A stretch of DNA of 33,000 nucleotides, from the NCBI GenBank assembly GCA_011109175.1, contig RDEW01000059.1, positions 1-33,000 on the forward strand, in the 5' to 3' direction. The notes beneath the pieces are model-generated. The model was not told the origin of the DNA. It searched no databases and saw only the letters and a program-made list of their open reading frames with translations. A program made the translations under genes and the position numbers. Positions 1-11,221 of this stretch are shown here, in pieces (position 1 is the stretch's first letter; every line of letters starts with the position of its first letter). This DNA is from Dicyema japonicum (lineage: Eukaryota; Animalia; Dicyemida).

Positions 1-485
1 TCGTTCCTTCTCCGATATGAGGCTTCAAGTCTCGTTGAGCTGCCTCCAGATAAATAATGAACAAAATCGGGGATAATGGATCTCCTTGAGGGGTACCAAT
101 TGTCGTTTCAAATGTCCTCGATAAAGCTGTCCCAGTCCTGACCATCAAACTTGTGTCCGTCAAGAGTGTCTTTACCATCCTAATCGATGAGCCCTCCAAG
201 AAGTGCTTCAGTATTTGCAGCAGCTTGATCCTGTTGACGGAATCAAAGGCCTTTGACATATCAATCCCCAGAATGGTTGTCGTTATTTTAAATTTTTGAA
301 CAGCCGCACTTCTCCATTTGTGGTTCCATATAACATCTCACGTTGATCTCCCTTTGCGGAAGCAACTTTGATAAGCCGACAGGTACGAGTCTAGGCGTCC
401 CTCCATTTTTTGAAGCGTAATATTGGCGAGTATCTTCCGTAATGTGTTGGTTAATACCACTGGTCTTAGGATCTTAAATTCAAAG
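1..485 (-). mobile_element. RTE-like non-LTR retrotransposon, RT-domain fragment (runs off window start)
   Basis: Minus strand reads KILRPVVLTNTLRKILANITLQKMEGRLD..FRKGRST..ILGIDMSKAFDSVNR..TPQGDPLSPILFIIYLEAA, with at least one in-frame stop; 1-160 matches 1794-1953 with about 5 mismatches. Confidence 0.9.
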
Positions 486-598
486 TCAATAATATAAATT
501 TTAATTTTATTATTTAATTTAAAAAATCAGAAAATCGGAAATATAGATTTTATCAATATTTAGCAATCCACAATATAAGATTATATTTAATTATTAAA

Positions 599-1384
599 TT
601 AATTATTATTTCCTAAGTTAATTAACTCTTTCCTGTCTTCAGTTGTGACTTTACTAATAAAAATTAGGACGATTGACTAAATAATTTATATTAATTAAAC
701 CGTTAACACAGAGACTCCAGTAAACACCATTTTTATTGCGTACGAATGTGATACAACATAATCTAACACAGCATATGGGCAGGTCTAAAAATACATCCAA
801 TAAATACTGAATTAAAAGCCTTTCCTGTCAGACAGTCTTGATTTTCACAGCAAGAAGGATTTGTAATGTTGTATAAATCAGATTCATTATAACCACAGCA
901 TTTAAACTATAAATATTAAATTAAACAACTGTTGACTGAAATTTGTCTAATTCATCGCTTAAATCTTCATTATTTACGAGTTCTTTCAATCCAATGAAAA
1001 TATAGTCTGTCAATTTACGTTCGAAGGCAAGTACATTAATTGTTATTGATAAACTTGCTACCAATAAAATCGCAAGCAAAATACAATACTACAATTAGAA
1101 GGTATTATAACATTATTTTAGCACATTTATTATTTGTACGGATCCAATATATCCCAACCCCTGATAAAAGTAAACAGAAGCCAGAGATGAAATAAAGCAC
1201 GACTTGGAACAGTTGTATCACAATATTTACGTTTTAAATTCATAAAATTCTTTTAGAAAAACAAAATAATACGTGGTGGCAACCATAGTTCCAATTCCAA
1301 AAAACTTAATTTTATAATATTTTATACCATAAAAACACTAACTATTATACTACTGGCTAAATTTACTATAAACACAGAATGCAT
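599..1384 (-). CDS. Tetraspanin (6 exons, introns 23-24 nt)
   Basis: Spliced model MHSVFIVNLASSIIVSVFM|FFGIGTMVATTYYF..VVLYFISGFCLLLSGVGIYWIRTNNKCAKIM|YCILLAILLVASL..FQST|FKCCGYNES..NPSCCENQDC..NS|TCPYAV..VSVLT|SIVLIFISK..*. Four hydrophobic segments; CCG and PSCC motifs; six Cys in the large loop. Needs one extra base at T4 1232-1235 and at the donor near 1111. Absent from the ORF track. Confidence 0.85.
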
Positions 1385-1499
1385 CTACTGTCATCGCTAA
1401 TAAATATTTTATTCACTTTTTGGTTAACTCTATTAAAATATATTTTATATATTAAAATCTAAAAAATAAAAAAAATAATAGCAAACTTTACATACATCA

Positions 1500-1953
1500 T
1501 AACAACCGAGACCAAAGTTTTCAATGTTCCTTCGACGTTAGTGAGCGAAGTTAGTTAGTGTCTTCCTTCGTGTTATATCTTTAGTGTCACCGAGGAGGGA
1601 TCCTAGTTTTTTTGATCTCCCCAGTACCCCTAGATCTTTTCCTCACTTCTTTTTAGCTCTGTGAATTCGGTTTTGTTTGTGTTTACTTTTAATGACCACT
1701 CAGCCATTTCATAAAGCATTTTCTCCAAAAGTGCAATTAACTCTTCTTTGTTATTCGAAATAAAGTCCACGTCATCCGCATATGCTATTATGCTCGTTCC
1801 TTCTCCGATATGAGGCTTCAAGTCTCGTAAAGCTGCCTCCAGATAAATAATAAACAAAATCGGGGATAATGGATCTCCTTGAGGGGTACAAATTGTCGTT
1901 TCAAATGTCCTCGATAAAGCTTTCCCAGTCCTGACCATCAAACTTGTGTCCGT
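1500..1953 (-). mobile_element. RTE-like retrotransposon RT fragment (5'- and 3'-truncated)
   Basis: ORF 1630-1941: TPQGDPLSP, YADD, LKVNTNKTE; continues past a stop into KKLGSLLGD..ITRRK, as in the copy at 20719-21972. Confidence 0.9.
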
Positions 1954-2049
1954 TCCAACTCCTATGGCTGGTTAAAAAAAAGTTTGTAATAATTTTATTA
2001 ATATATTTAAATAAAAAATAAATTTTAAAATAAATGGAGATGTGTCATC

Positions 2050-2930
2050 TCTTAATCAAGTAATCGTGTATGCTCATTTAAAGTTTAGAGATTTTCTCAA
2101 GTATTATAATAAACAGACATTACTGTGTTTTACTCATTGTATAAGTGATATTTCCACAACGACGCTCACTAATTCTGAGGTAACTTGTAATATTTATTAA
2201 GATTGATTGTACAAACATGTGCTTTAATAAACACATTAATTGTAACCACGTGATTGCCGCTAAATATTTTGAAATTCAATCAAATTTAAAAAATAATAAT
2301 TCATAAATAATTTGGTTTAATTGCTTAGATTCTTAGTGCTTTGTTTTAAGGATTATATTAGTGATATCCATATTTTCTGCAATCTGTTTGGTCACGTTCT
2401 TAAAATACACACAAACACACCTTCAAATTACATAAATTGTAATGTCATCAAGATTGGTAGTGAGGTGATGACGTACTTATCCCACTAAATGTTTTAATTT
2501 CATCAATGTTAGTGTGACTTGACGTTACCATTCTTGTTTTGAGAATTGAAGAAATGATGAAGTTAGAAAGTCCACGCCACAAGAGTTTAGTGAAATTCTA
2601 AATATAAACAAATTATACAATGTCTCATATTGATTGTCCAGTGTCATATATGTGGATAACATTAATAGTTGGCCAAATCTTCAATATTCTGCTTCTTTGC
2701 TATATAGTACCTCCCAATATCTTGTAAAGCAGCTGAGTATTCAACAGAGACTAGACAAAAGGAAAAGTCAGAGTATCTCTAAACCCTATTGCATCTGAGA
2801 AACTACTGAAGACGTACATCGACCAAATCGAAGAGAGGATCAATCGAAATTTTATTTTCAAACTACATGGCAAGTCAGATAAGGGTAACCGGAAGCAGGA
2901 GGCTGGCAAGCTCTATTACTTCCCCTCAAC
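2050..2930 (-). CDS. Possible tiny-intron gene, unresolved; product unknown, possibly glycosylated/extracellular
   Basis: GT-AG candidates of 21-22 nt (gtactatatagcaaagaagcag, gtataatttgtttatatttag, gtgtgtttgtgtgtattttaag) separate open segments such as SVEYSAALQDIGR|ILKIWPTINVIHIYD, NFTKLLWRGL, NVTKQIAEN and NITSYLR..CGNITY; no complete consistent frame was found. Confidence 0.25.
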
Positions 2931-3199
2931 TTTATATTATTATCTTTAATAAAGTGTTTCGTTTTTATGTTTCAAAAACTCAAAGTATATATCCCCCACT
3001 CGGAGAATAATGATTAAAATCCACTTCTATTCCATCCAATTTCGAGTCTCAACCGTACGATGAATGTAGTTCTTGTCTTCGAATTGATTAAAAGATTTGA
3101 AAAGGGGATTTTTTTCTCTCAAAGACAATCAATGGTGGTCGGTGTGATGGCCTTAATATAGTTAAGTTTATATCGATCCATTAGAGTTTGTTTTTTTAA

Positions 3200-3720
3200 A
3201 TAACTTTTGAGGTTTTCACTATAATTCCTTCGACTTTGTGATTTCCTTTCTTAAGGAACTCTGTGAGACTTATTAGTCGTGTATCGCCTGGGTAAATAAT
3301 TCTTTGGTGGACTTATCAACTTGCTTTTGTTTACTGTATCGAAGGCTTTCAAATGGTCTCAGAATATACATGCACGTTTGTATTTTATTTGCAAGGACGT
3401 GAACAATGGCCCAAACCACACTGCAGTAGACATTCCAGTCATAGCCAAAATAACCTGGATTCTCCGGCATTACTAATCATTAAAAAATGTTGGTATTGAT
3501 GTTCCAAGTTCAATTGTTCCCCACTCCAATAGTTTTGTAGATATTTTTTTCCGGTATTAAGTATTTATATTAAGAAATTGTTGTTGGATTTTCTAGGACA
3601 ACTAGATTACCTTTAATCGGAATCTGGGAGTCGGTTTTGTGTATATTTAATAATCTTTTGAAATGTACCGACACAATGGTTGTTTTCTCGGCCTTGTTCA
3701 TAGTTGTGTTCTCCTTTTTC
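3200..3720 (-). mobile_element. Heavily degraded RTE-like RT relic
   Basis: Minus strand gives KAEKTTIVSVHFKRLLNIHK (linker-like) and LKAFDTVNKSKLI (RT motif) with stops and frameshifts. Confidence 0.6.
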
Positions 3721-3789
3721 TAAAAAAATAAAATATCATTAATGCTCTGTTTCTAGACGTACATAAGTCACAAGGACTTCTCGAATTCC

Positions 3790-4965
3790 CATTCTTGTCA
3801 CATTCGGAATTTAATGCCTAAACCAACTTCGTGGATCAATTTATTTACGCATACCGAGGTCACACAGGCTATAAGATCGATGAAGATATCTTATACGTGT
3901 GGTCCTGACGGCATTTCAAGAATTTTGCTAAAACATCTTGGTAATGTTGCAATCAATTCGATTACGTCAATTTTTAATTTGTTCTCTAACAAGAACGTCA
4001 TCTTATGCAAATGAAAGAACTCACTTATAATACCCCTCCTAAAACCAGGAAAACCGAAAAACTTAATTTCTTCCTACCGTCCAATTTCATTAACGTCCGC
4101 ATTATCGCGCCTAATGGAGAAACTCGTACTCTGGAAAATTAAACCCCATTTGCCCGATTGTCACCTTCAAAATGGTTTCAAATGTGAGCGTTCAACTACG
4201 ACACATTTGACTTCACTGCCTCAATTTATATCAAAAGAGTTCAACGAACCAAAACGCCATCTACGGACAATAGTGGTCTCTTTAGTCATCCAGAAGGCGT
4301 TCGATTCTGTCCCTAGAACATTACTCACGAAAAAGGTTTTTGACACCACCATTCAGCCGGCTTTGAAAAGATGGATAGCCAATTTCTCTCCGGAAGAAGA
4401 GGACGTGTATGTATAGGCCACGCAAGATCGAGGTCCCGTCTCCTACCAAATGGCGTCCCTAAGGATTGCCCCTCTCTCCGGCGTTATTCAACTTATTCCT
4501 CAACAATTTGCCCTGCCCTGGAGGACGAGATTCAATGCTTCTCACTTATGCTGACGACCTAATCATCGCTAGCAGGAACAAATACGTGGGTACAGCAAAA
4601 TCAGAGCTTCAGTCACATATTGATGACTTGGAAGCCTGGTTGAAGTTGAATCGTCTCTCCATATCCAGGGATAAATCAATGTATACAATTTTCACAAACG
4701 ACAGAAAAGAAAAACATCACTGGATTTGAACATTTATAGAGACTCTTTACCATTACAGATTCGTCCAACTATCCTGGGAATGACATTTGACCCTTTGATG
4801 ACATTTTCTCAACATGTGAAGAACGTTATGACAAAGGGTCTCAGGAAACTAAATATAATCAAACCGCTCTTAAAGTCCAGACCATCACAGGAATGCGCTG
4901 TCGTCTTGTTCAATCAACCCCTAAAACCGACGATAGAATATGCTTGTGCCTCATGGGCCTATTGA
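3790..4965 (+). mobile_element. Jockey/I-like non-LTR retrotransposon RT domain, degenerate
   Basis: Consecutive ORFs: GPDGIS..LKHL, IIPLLKPGK..SYRPISLTS, QKAFDSVP, NGVP*G.PLSPALFNLF, YADD, ILGMTFDPLMTFSQHV, IEYACASW; stops and frameshifts between them. Confidence 0.92.
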
Positions 4966-5007
4966 GCTTAAACAATATGATAATTAATCAATAATTTTCA
5001 AAAATGA

Positions 5008-5230
5008 GGGCATAGTGGTTAGGTGTCGGGCTAAAGTGACTTAGGTTACGGGTTCGATTCTCGCTGCTGTTCACCTGGTGGAAGGTTTCACGCATCTACG
5101 ATGTTAAAAAGGTTTGACGAGTGACGCCGTCATCAGTGGATACTCACTGCGGAACTGGATTGTCAAAAAAGAACCCACACGCAAAAAAAAGAAAAAAGAA
5201 GTGAAGATCATTACTTGGTTCTACGATTAG
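5008..5230 (+). mobile_element. tRNA-derived SINE, copy A
   Basis: A-box-like GGCATAGTGG, B-box GGTTCGATTC, core TTGACGAGTGACGCCGTCATCAGTGGATACTCACTGCGGAACTGGATTGTC, A-rich tail; near-identical to 21973-22163. Confidence 0.85.
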
Positions 5231-5240
5231 TTAAAATTTA

Positions 5241-5281
5241 CTGTTCTTTACTTAAATAAAGTGTGTGTCCTGCCTATGCGG
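5241..5281 (+). repeat. About 40-bp dispersed repeat, inverted copy at 9670-9708
   Basis: ctgttctttacttaaataaagtgtgtgtcctgcctatgcgg versus reverse complement ctgttcctacttaaataagtgtgtgtcctgccacagcgg. Confidence 0.75.
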
Positions 5282-5599
5282 AGCTAATACCACGGCTCCG
5301 TGAAAAACTGTTACTATTATTATTTATTTCAAAAATGAGGTTAGGATGGTTTTGTCGTCTATCTTAGTTTTCCAGAAGTCATTATAACCATTAAAAATAG
5401 GTTTAAAATGGGACTGAAAAAATTAAGATACACTTATATTGACGTAATTAATTTAAATGACATTTTGATGCTGTCCATTTATCTGCCGGCTGCATTAATA
5501 ATAGAAACTTAATTATTAATCACCAACCTTTAATTTTCTTTTTGGTACAATTTTTTGGTGAGGTGGTGACGTGCCTCGTTTATTTATTGGATCACAGTT

Positions 5600-8120
5600 G
5601 AGAAAAATGTCTAAAAAGCAAGGGGTACAAAGGGATGCATCTCGTCTAAAGGTCCTTACGTTCAATGCTAGAGGCTTATCTACGACCTGGTCGAGGAAGA
5701 TTCTCTGTGACGACCTAGAGAGATACGACGTATCTATTGGGTGCCTACAAGAGACGAAACTTACTTGTAGCCTTGATGAGAACTATGGCGAATATCGAAT
5801 AATGTTTACCGAGCGACTCAAAATATTATGGACTTGGATTTGCCATCCACTCAAAGTTGACAAGTGTAACCGTATATGGAGTGTGAATGACAGGATCTGT
5901 GTTATACAAATCCGTCTAAACGACTTATTCCTTCTAAGAGTTTTCTGACAATTAAAAATGTTTGTGCGCCACACTGCGGGAGAGTAGCGAAAGATCCGAC
6001 AGAACTAGACGACTTCTATTCAACACTGTTACGGACGTACAACGAATATGAGTCGTCATCACTAATACTCATTGCTGGCGATTTGAATGCGAAAATCGGG
6101 ATGAAGAATAACCCGGATGTGTTTTCTTGGGAGAACATGGACGTGGAATAAGAAACCTACCCGGGACAATACTTGGTCACTTTTGTATGGCAAACAACCT
6201 TTTCCTATGCAATACTGCATTTACGCATCTTGTCTGCCACAAAACTACGTGGATGGGGAAGCGAAAGAACTGAAAGGATACAACCAAATAGATTATGTCA
6301 TATGCCAGGCTAAAGACAAACACCTTCTACTAAACGCACGTTCATATGAATGCTCGACGACTGTCAGCGATCACAAGATGGTTATTGCGACCTTCACTCA
6401 GAAAAAAAATGCAATCAAATACAAGAATGCCACAAATCACGAATTTGAGAAAGTCAGAGGCGACTACGCGACTGAAAGGCTAATTTCTTAACCGGAGACT
6501 ACTGAGAGATATCAACAATACATTCAGACTCATATGCAGGAAGTATTGGCGGATACTCGTTAGAAGACACCTGGAAACAAACAAAGGATACCATCAACGA
6601 ATCTGCTGAGGCATGTCTTGGCAAAAGGGAGAATAGTAAAATGCACCTGAAGGCTATTCATCCAGAAGTTTCTGAGCTTGCAAAAAGTTTAAAAGAAATA
6701 AATATGAGAAAATCAAATGCCACTGACGCTAATACGAGAAAAGCCTTCAGGCGAAAGGCAACGTGTCAGAAGAAAAATAAAGTCTGAAGGCTTTTCCTAG
6801 AAGAAATAGCTTCCTGTATAGAAAAAATAAACAAACTGAAAGACAACGCACAGGTGTACGTCGCTGCTCGTTTGCTGCGGCGAACAAACCCAAGTCGACT
6901 AACCATAAAAGACGAGAACAGTAAGCTGATACTGAACACCGAAGAACAAACTGAAGCCATCGCGGCTCACTTTTAGAAGCTTTACAACATCAAAACCATA
7001 GAAATCCACCCATTTGATCCAAAGCCAAGACCCTGGAGATACCAATCACGGCCGAGGAAATCAAAACGGCCTGCCGAAAACTCAAAAATAACAGAAGTCC
7101 TGGACCAGACAAAATAGATTCCGAACTACTAAAATACGGACCCCACTGACTGTATGACAAAATTGCAATACTACTAAATAGTTTTCGAGAAGGGAGATCT
7201 ACAGCTGATGCGGTCTGGAGTCACAGATGGAGGTGTGCAACATATCAAAGATAAAGTTACGACACCAATATTTTGGGAATTGATTTATCAAAAACTTTTG
7301 ATACGGTTAACCGGAACAAGCTAATGGGTTACTGAGAGGATTTCTTGATGAGTCGAGTCTAGGAATGACCCGAATTCTACTTTCCAACACTGAGCTCCTT
7401 GTGAAAGTCGGAAAGACCTATTCAAGAAAATTTGAAACAAACACGGGTACTCGACAAGGAGACTCCCTTTCTCCTCTACTATTAACAATTTATTCGGAAG
7501 CCGCTATGATGGAACTGTTATACCAAAGAAAGACGGAAGAAGTGATCTCGCAGACGATGTAGACCTAATTTCTGAAGACAAAGAGGCCTTGGAACACCTA
7601 TTAGAAAAAACACCAGATGTACTAGGGAAATGGTTTCTTACTGTGAACAGAGAGAAAACAGAACTCACAGAGATAAAAAGATGAGTAACGTCCTAGAAAA
7701 GAAATGGCAACAAGTAAAGAAACTCTGTTCACTTTTGGGAGATAGCGAAGATATCTTACGTAGGAAAACTCTATCCAATATAAACTGAAGAATCTATGGC
7801 TCAATCAAATAGGTATCGACACGAAAATGAGAATCCTATTATACGACTCATTCGTACTTTTATATAACGCTGGAACTTGGGCGACCTCATCAGCATATAT
7901 TTATATTTATTAACCCCGGATACACCGAGAAAGAAGTTAAAGTAAACAACTAATTAAGTGATATGGAAAGACTAGACTCGTTCCACAGAGGTCAGCTGAG
8001 AAAAATAACAGGAACTACTCTGCCTAATAACAGGAACTAGAATATCAAGAAATTCTTTATATAAGAGTTGCAGCACTAGACCTATCAGCTTAGAAGTACT
8101 GGAATCTCGATGGAAGCTCA
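5600..8120 (+). mobile_element. Near full-length RTE-like LINE (APE endonuclease + RT), degenerate
   Basis: APE motifs TFNARGL, LQETK, AGDLNAKIG, NQIDY, SDHKMV; RT region SPGPDKID, DLSKTFDTVNR, RQGDSLSPLL, ADDVD; C-terminal YNAGTW..RLDSFHR..RWKL; many stops and frameshifts. Confidence 0.93.
7896..7959 (-). mobile_element. About 64-bp LINE 3'-end fragment nested in the RTE element
   Basis: Removing it restores the RTE frame SA-DMERLDSFHR; near-identical to 8841-8908; carries a (TAAA)-like tail on the minus strand. Confidence 0.75.
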
Positions 8121-8840
8121 GTTTACTAAACTACAGGTGGTTGAGGACATGACTCTGAAATATTACTGTCTTCGTGGCCAAACTAATCGTATTTTCCATT
8201 TTTAAATATTTTAGCACAAATTTTGCTGATGAATAATACAAATGATGACCCGAGATTTAACTTTTCTATTTCAGAAATTTGGCAGCAACACCAGAATGTC
8301 GTCCAACCACATTCGGAGCACCATGGGTGCACAAACATACATGTTTCTTAGCGATCTGCAGATTCCTAAACTTCTGATGCACTACTTCGAATATGATTTT
8401 TTGTGAAATGAGAAGCAACTCAATAATTGTATGATCGATGATTAGATTTGTGATGCCTTTTAAGGTTGTATTCTTTCGGTGTAGCGATAAACTGGTTACA
8501 TATCAATGTAATCTTACATCAACCGTTGTGCAAAAATATACAAGTTCCCATTTATCATGAATCATTCCTATTCAAACACCGTTTCTTAGTTGCAGAAGAA
8601 GTGTTTTTTGTAGAACATTCAAATCTGAATCCGTGTTGTTAGTGACAAAAAAACAAATGAGGTTTAAATTTCCAAAGAACAAGTTTTCCATGAGAGGCGA
8701 TAACGCTCAGGTCAGGGATATCGGTGGGTTAGATGAAGGTGATGGTTTAAGTTTTCCTGGTTTTAAAAGGGCTGATATGTGATTCGTTTGATATGTTTAA
8801 TTTGATTTTACGGATAGTATTCCAAAGTAATGTAGATTTC

Positions 8841-8908
8841 TTTATTTTATTTATTTATTAACCCCGGATACATTGAGAAAGAAGTTAAAGTAAACAACTA
8901 ATTGAGTG
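8841..8908 (-). repeat. LINE 3'-end repeat with (TAAA)n tail
   Basis: tttattaaccccggatacattgagaaagaagttaaagtaaacaactaatt matches 7905-7955; resembles the 3' terminus at 28290-28340. Confidence 0.7.
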
Positions 8909-9669
8909 TATCCAGTTTCAACTTCTACAGAAACAGAGTCCATCCGGAATCAGCACAAAAAGTAAGACGTCCATTACATGCCGTTTTGGAAACCCCTCCA
9001 ATGGAGTGGGGAAAAGCAAATGATCCTTTTTCGTGCCGACCTGGCACTGGGCGTCACTTAGACAGGTGGATCACATGACGCCACTCTAATGGGAAGAGAC
9101 AGGAGGAACAGACAAGAAAGCAGAAAACTTCAACCAATTAACCACGCAACACCACATGGCGCCACGTGGCTAATCAGATTTCTTTCGTCCAATAGATGAT
9201 AATTGTCGGTTCCAAGACTTATCTTTTTTTGTTGAGGTTTGTGATTCAAACATTTTATATTCTTGAAGTCAGAGTTGGTTCATCTTCTGAGTGTTCCTTT
9301 TCTTTACAAGGGAACGAGTTTTGGAGTCGAGCTTAGTGTTATATACCGCTCGGGGGACAAACATCTTTTTTGTTTAGATGATCCACTGCCGAGTCGATAT
9401 AATCAAATGTGCAATGATCAAATCCCATTAGGTTATAATAGTCAATGAATAGTTTTAAATTTGGCCAATCTGAGTTATTAAAGGTTGTTTTGTTCCTAAG
9501 TGGGGTTTTGAATAGGCTCAACTTTAGTATATATCGATTATGTCTTAGAAGAAATTAGCGGGAAATCTTTGATGAAGAAATGGACGGCTGAAGTTGGGTT
9601 ATCATTTCTTATGACTGGTGGCCTTGTGTATATGCGGGTGGTTTAGAATCACCAGCCATATTAATAGGA

Positions 9670-9708
9670 CCGCTGTGGCAGGACACACACTTATTTAAGT
9701 AGGAACAG
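9670..9708 (-). repeat. Inverted partner of 5241-5281
   Basis: Direct sequence comparison (see 5241-5281). Confidence 0.75.
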
Positions 9709-9827
9709 TTATTATAACAAATCGTGGAGGGAAAACTAAGGTTTATCAACTGGATACCGAAATATATGTAAAATTATTATAATATAAAAATAAATTAAAT
9801 TTATAATTATTTAAATTTAAATTAGAA

Positions 9828-10234
9828 ATGGAAATTAACAAAAAATTTCTGATAAGCTTTGCAAAAAACCAACGTGAAATAACAAAGTCAGGATGGCTTA
9901 CAAACATATGTGTTGGGAAAAATAATAAGTTATTTTATGTTCTCAAAGATAACATACTTTTTTATTATAAGAATGTAACTCAGGATCCAGTAATATATTT
10001 ACTAAATATTAGATAGGCTTGGTAATCCTCGAAAATTTCTCACTACATATGACTGAATATTCCAAATCTTCATTCACTATTGAGTTTGATGGTTTATTTA
10101 ATCTCATTCAAGATCTTCCTTATAAAATCCACTTGGAAGCTGATAATGAGGACGAAATGACTGATTGGATGAAATTAATGATATCTTCTAGTTATAATTA
10201 CAGAAGATTATATTTAGACGGACTTGTTAATTGA
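9828..10234 (+). CDS. PHETA1: Sesquipedalian / PHETA (IPIP27, FAM109) PH-domain protein, short form
   Basis: A 23-nt intron at 9990-10012 joins the two ORFs: MEINKKFLISF..SGWL..YVLKDNILFYY..DP|IGLVILEN..LEADNEDEMTDWMK..SSYNYRRLYLDGL, matching Ses1 motifs (WFVLRGNMLFYF, PVGVIILEG, ASFDYLRL). Possible second 21-nt intron at 10092-10112. Confidence 0.85.
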
Positions 10235-10249
10235 TTTTCTTATTAATTA

Positions 10250-10625
10250 CTATTTATGAGACTCAACAGAATCAACTAGGATCATTTGTGTGTTGTTTAT
10301 TCTCCATGTTTTTGAGATTAAACCGCAAAACTTGGAATATTCCTTGACATTGTCATCAGAAAGTAACTACTCACTTGATCCCAGCGAGCTCTAACAAAGA
10401 TTTGGCCCGATGCTCCTTCCTCGAGTTCACAAAACCCCATATCTGTAGTATAACTGGATGTTCGTAGTCGCACGGGCACGTTCCTTACTTCATTCGGATT
10501 AAGGATTATAGAGGCATTGGAGAGGTGAACTTTGCAGATGTCCATCGTTCAGTAATTACAAAAGTCCATTTGCGGTCATCTTTGGTCTTAAAGGATATTT
10601 TCAGGAAATGACCCCATGTGTCCAT
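10250..10625 (-). CDS. Hypothetical small protein (about 115 aa), family not recognised
   Basis: ORF 10318-10545 plus a 32-nt GTGAGT..AG intron (10343-10374) leading to EYSKFCGLISKTWR..HK*; the upstream MDTWGHFLKISF segment joins only with a one-base frameshift near 10548. Confidence 0.3.
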
Positions 10626-11221
10626 TTGATGATAATTTTAAGATTAATTTAAATCTATTAAAAATAATCTTATTAGTGATCCACTTTAGTAATTTTAGAT
10701 ATTATGAAGATAAATTAATGGCGTTTAAATTGACTCTCAAAGTTGTCCTTACCTATCCAAGAAAAAAAATTGTTGACTCTGGAAGACTTGGAGATTATGG
10801 GAAAGTGCATAAAAGACTGTAAGAAACAGTCATATCTGGGACGAGATGGCATATTAATTGATTATTATCTCTCTGTCAGTGCTTTATAGTTTGGATTTTA
10901 ATTATTCTTTGTGTTAAACATTAGTTTGGTAATGGGGGACCTTTAATATAGTGGTGTTTTGTATATTATTTTCCTAAACATTTCTAGATAGACTATTACA
11001 TATTTATTCATCCTCTTTACTTCAGTTTTGTAGATTAAACTTCCTACAGACCAATAAATTTGTCAAGAGGGTTTATCAGTTGACTAACATTTCAACATAA
11101 TCATTCATGTGAACTGCGAAAAGCAATCTGGTTGATGGTTGTGAGAACATTTTTGTTATATTTTTTAATATCGTGATTATAATAAATTACCCAGTAAAAT
11201 AAAATATTTGAAAATAATTAA

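Noticed and set aside
5545-5580. Sm-site-like AATTTTTTGG followed by a small hairpin (snRNA or SL RNA)
   Set aside because: No recognisable snRNA or leader/donor architecture upstream; the motif is expected by chance in T-rich DNA at the RTE 5' junction
8140-8640. Possible plus-strand exons (YYCLRGQTN|PQILLMNNTNDDPRF..) with a 26-nt intron
   Set aside because: No start codon, no consistent downstream frame and no family recognised; left uncalled pending RNA-seq
9200-9660. Minus-strand APE-RT linker of a Jockey/I-like element (FNNSDWPNLK..IDSAVDHLNK)
   Set aside because: Plausible relic, but motif support is too thin to call
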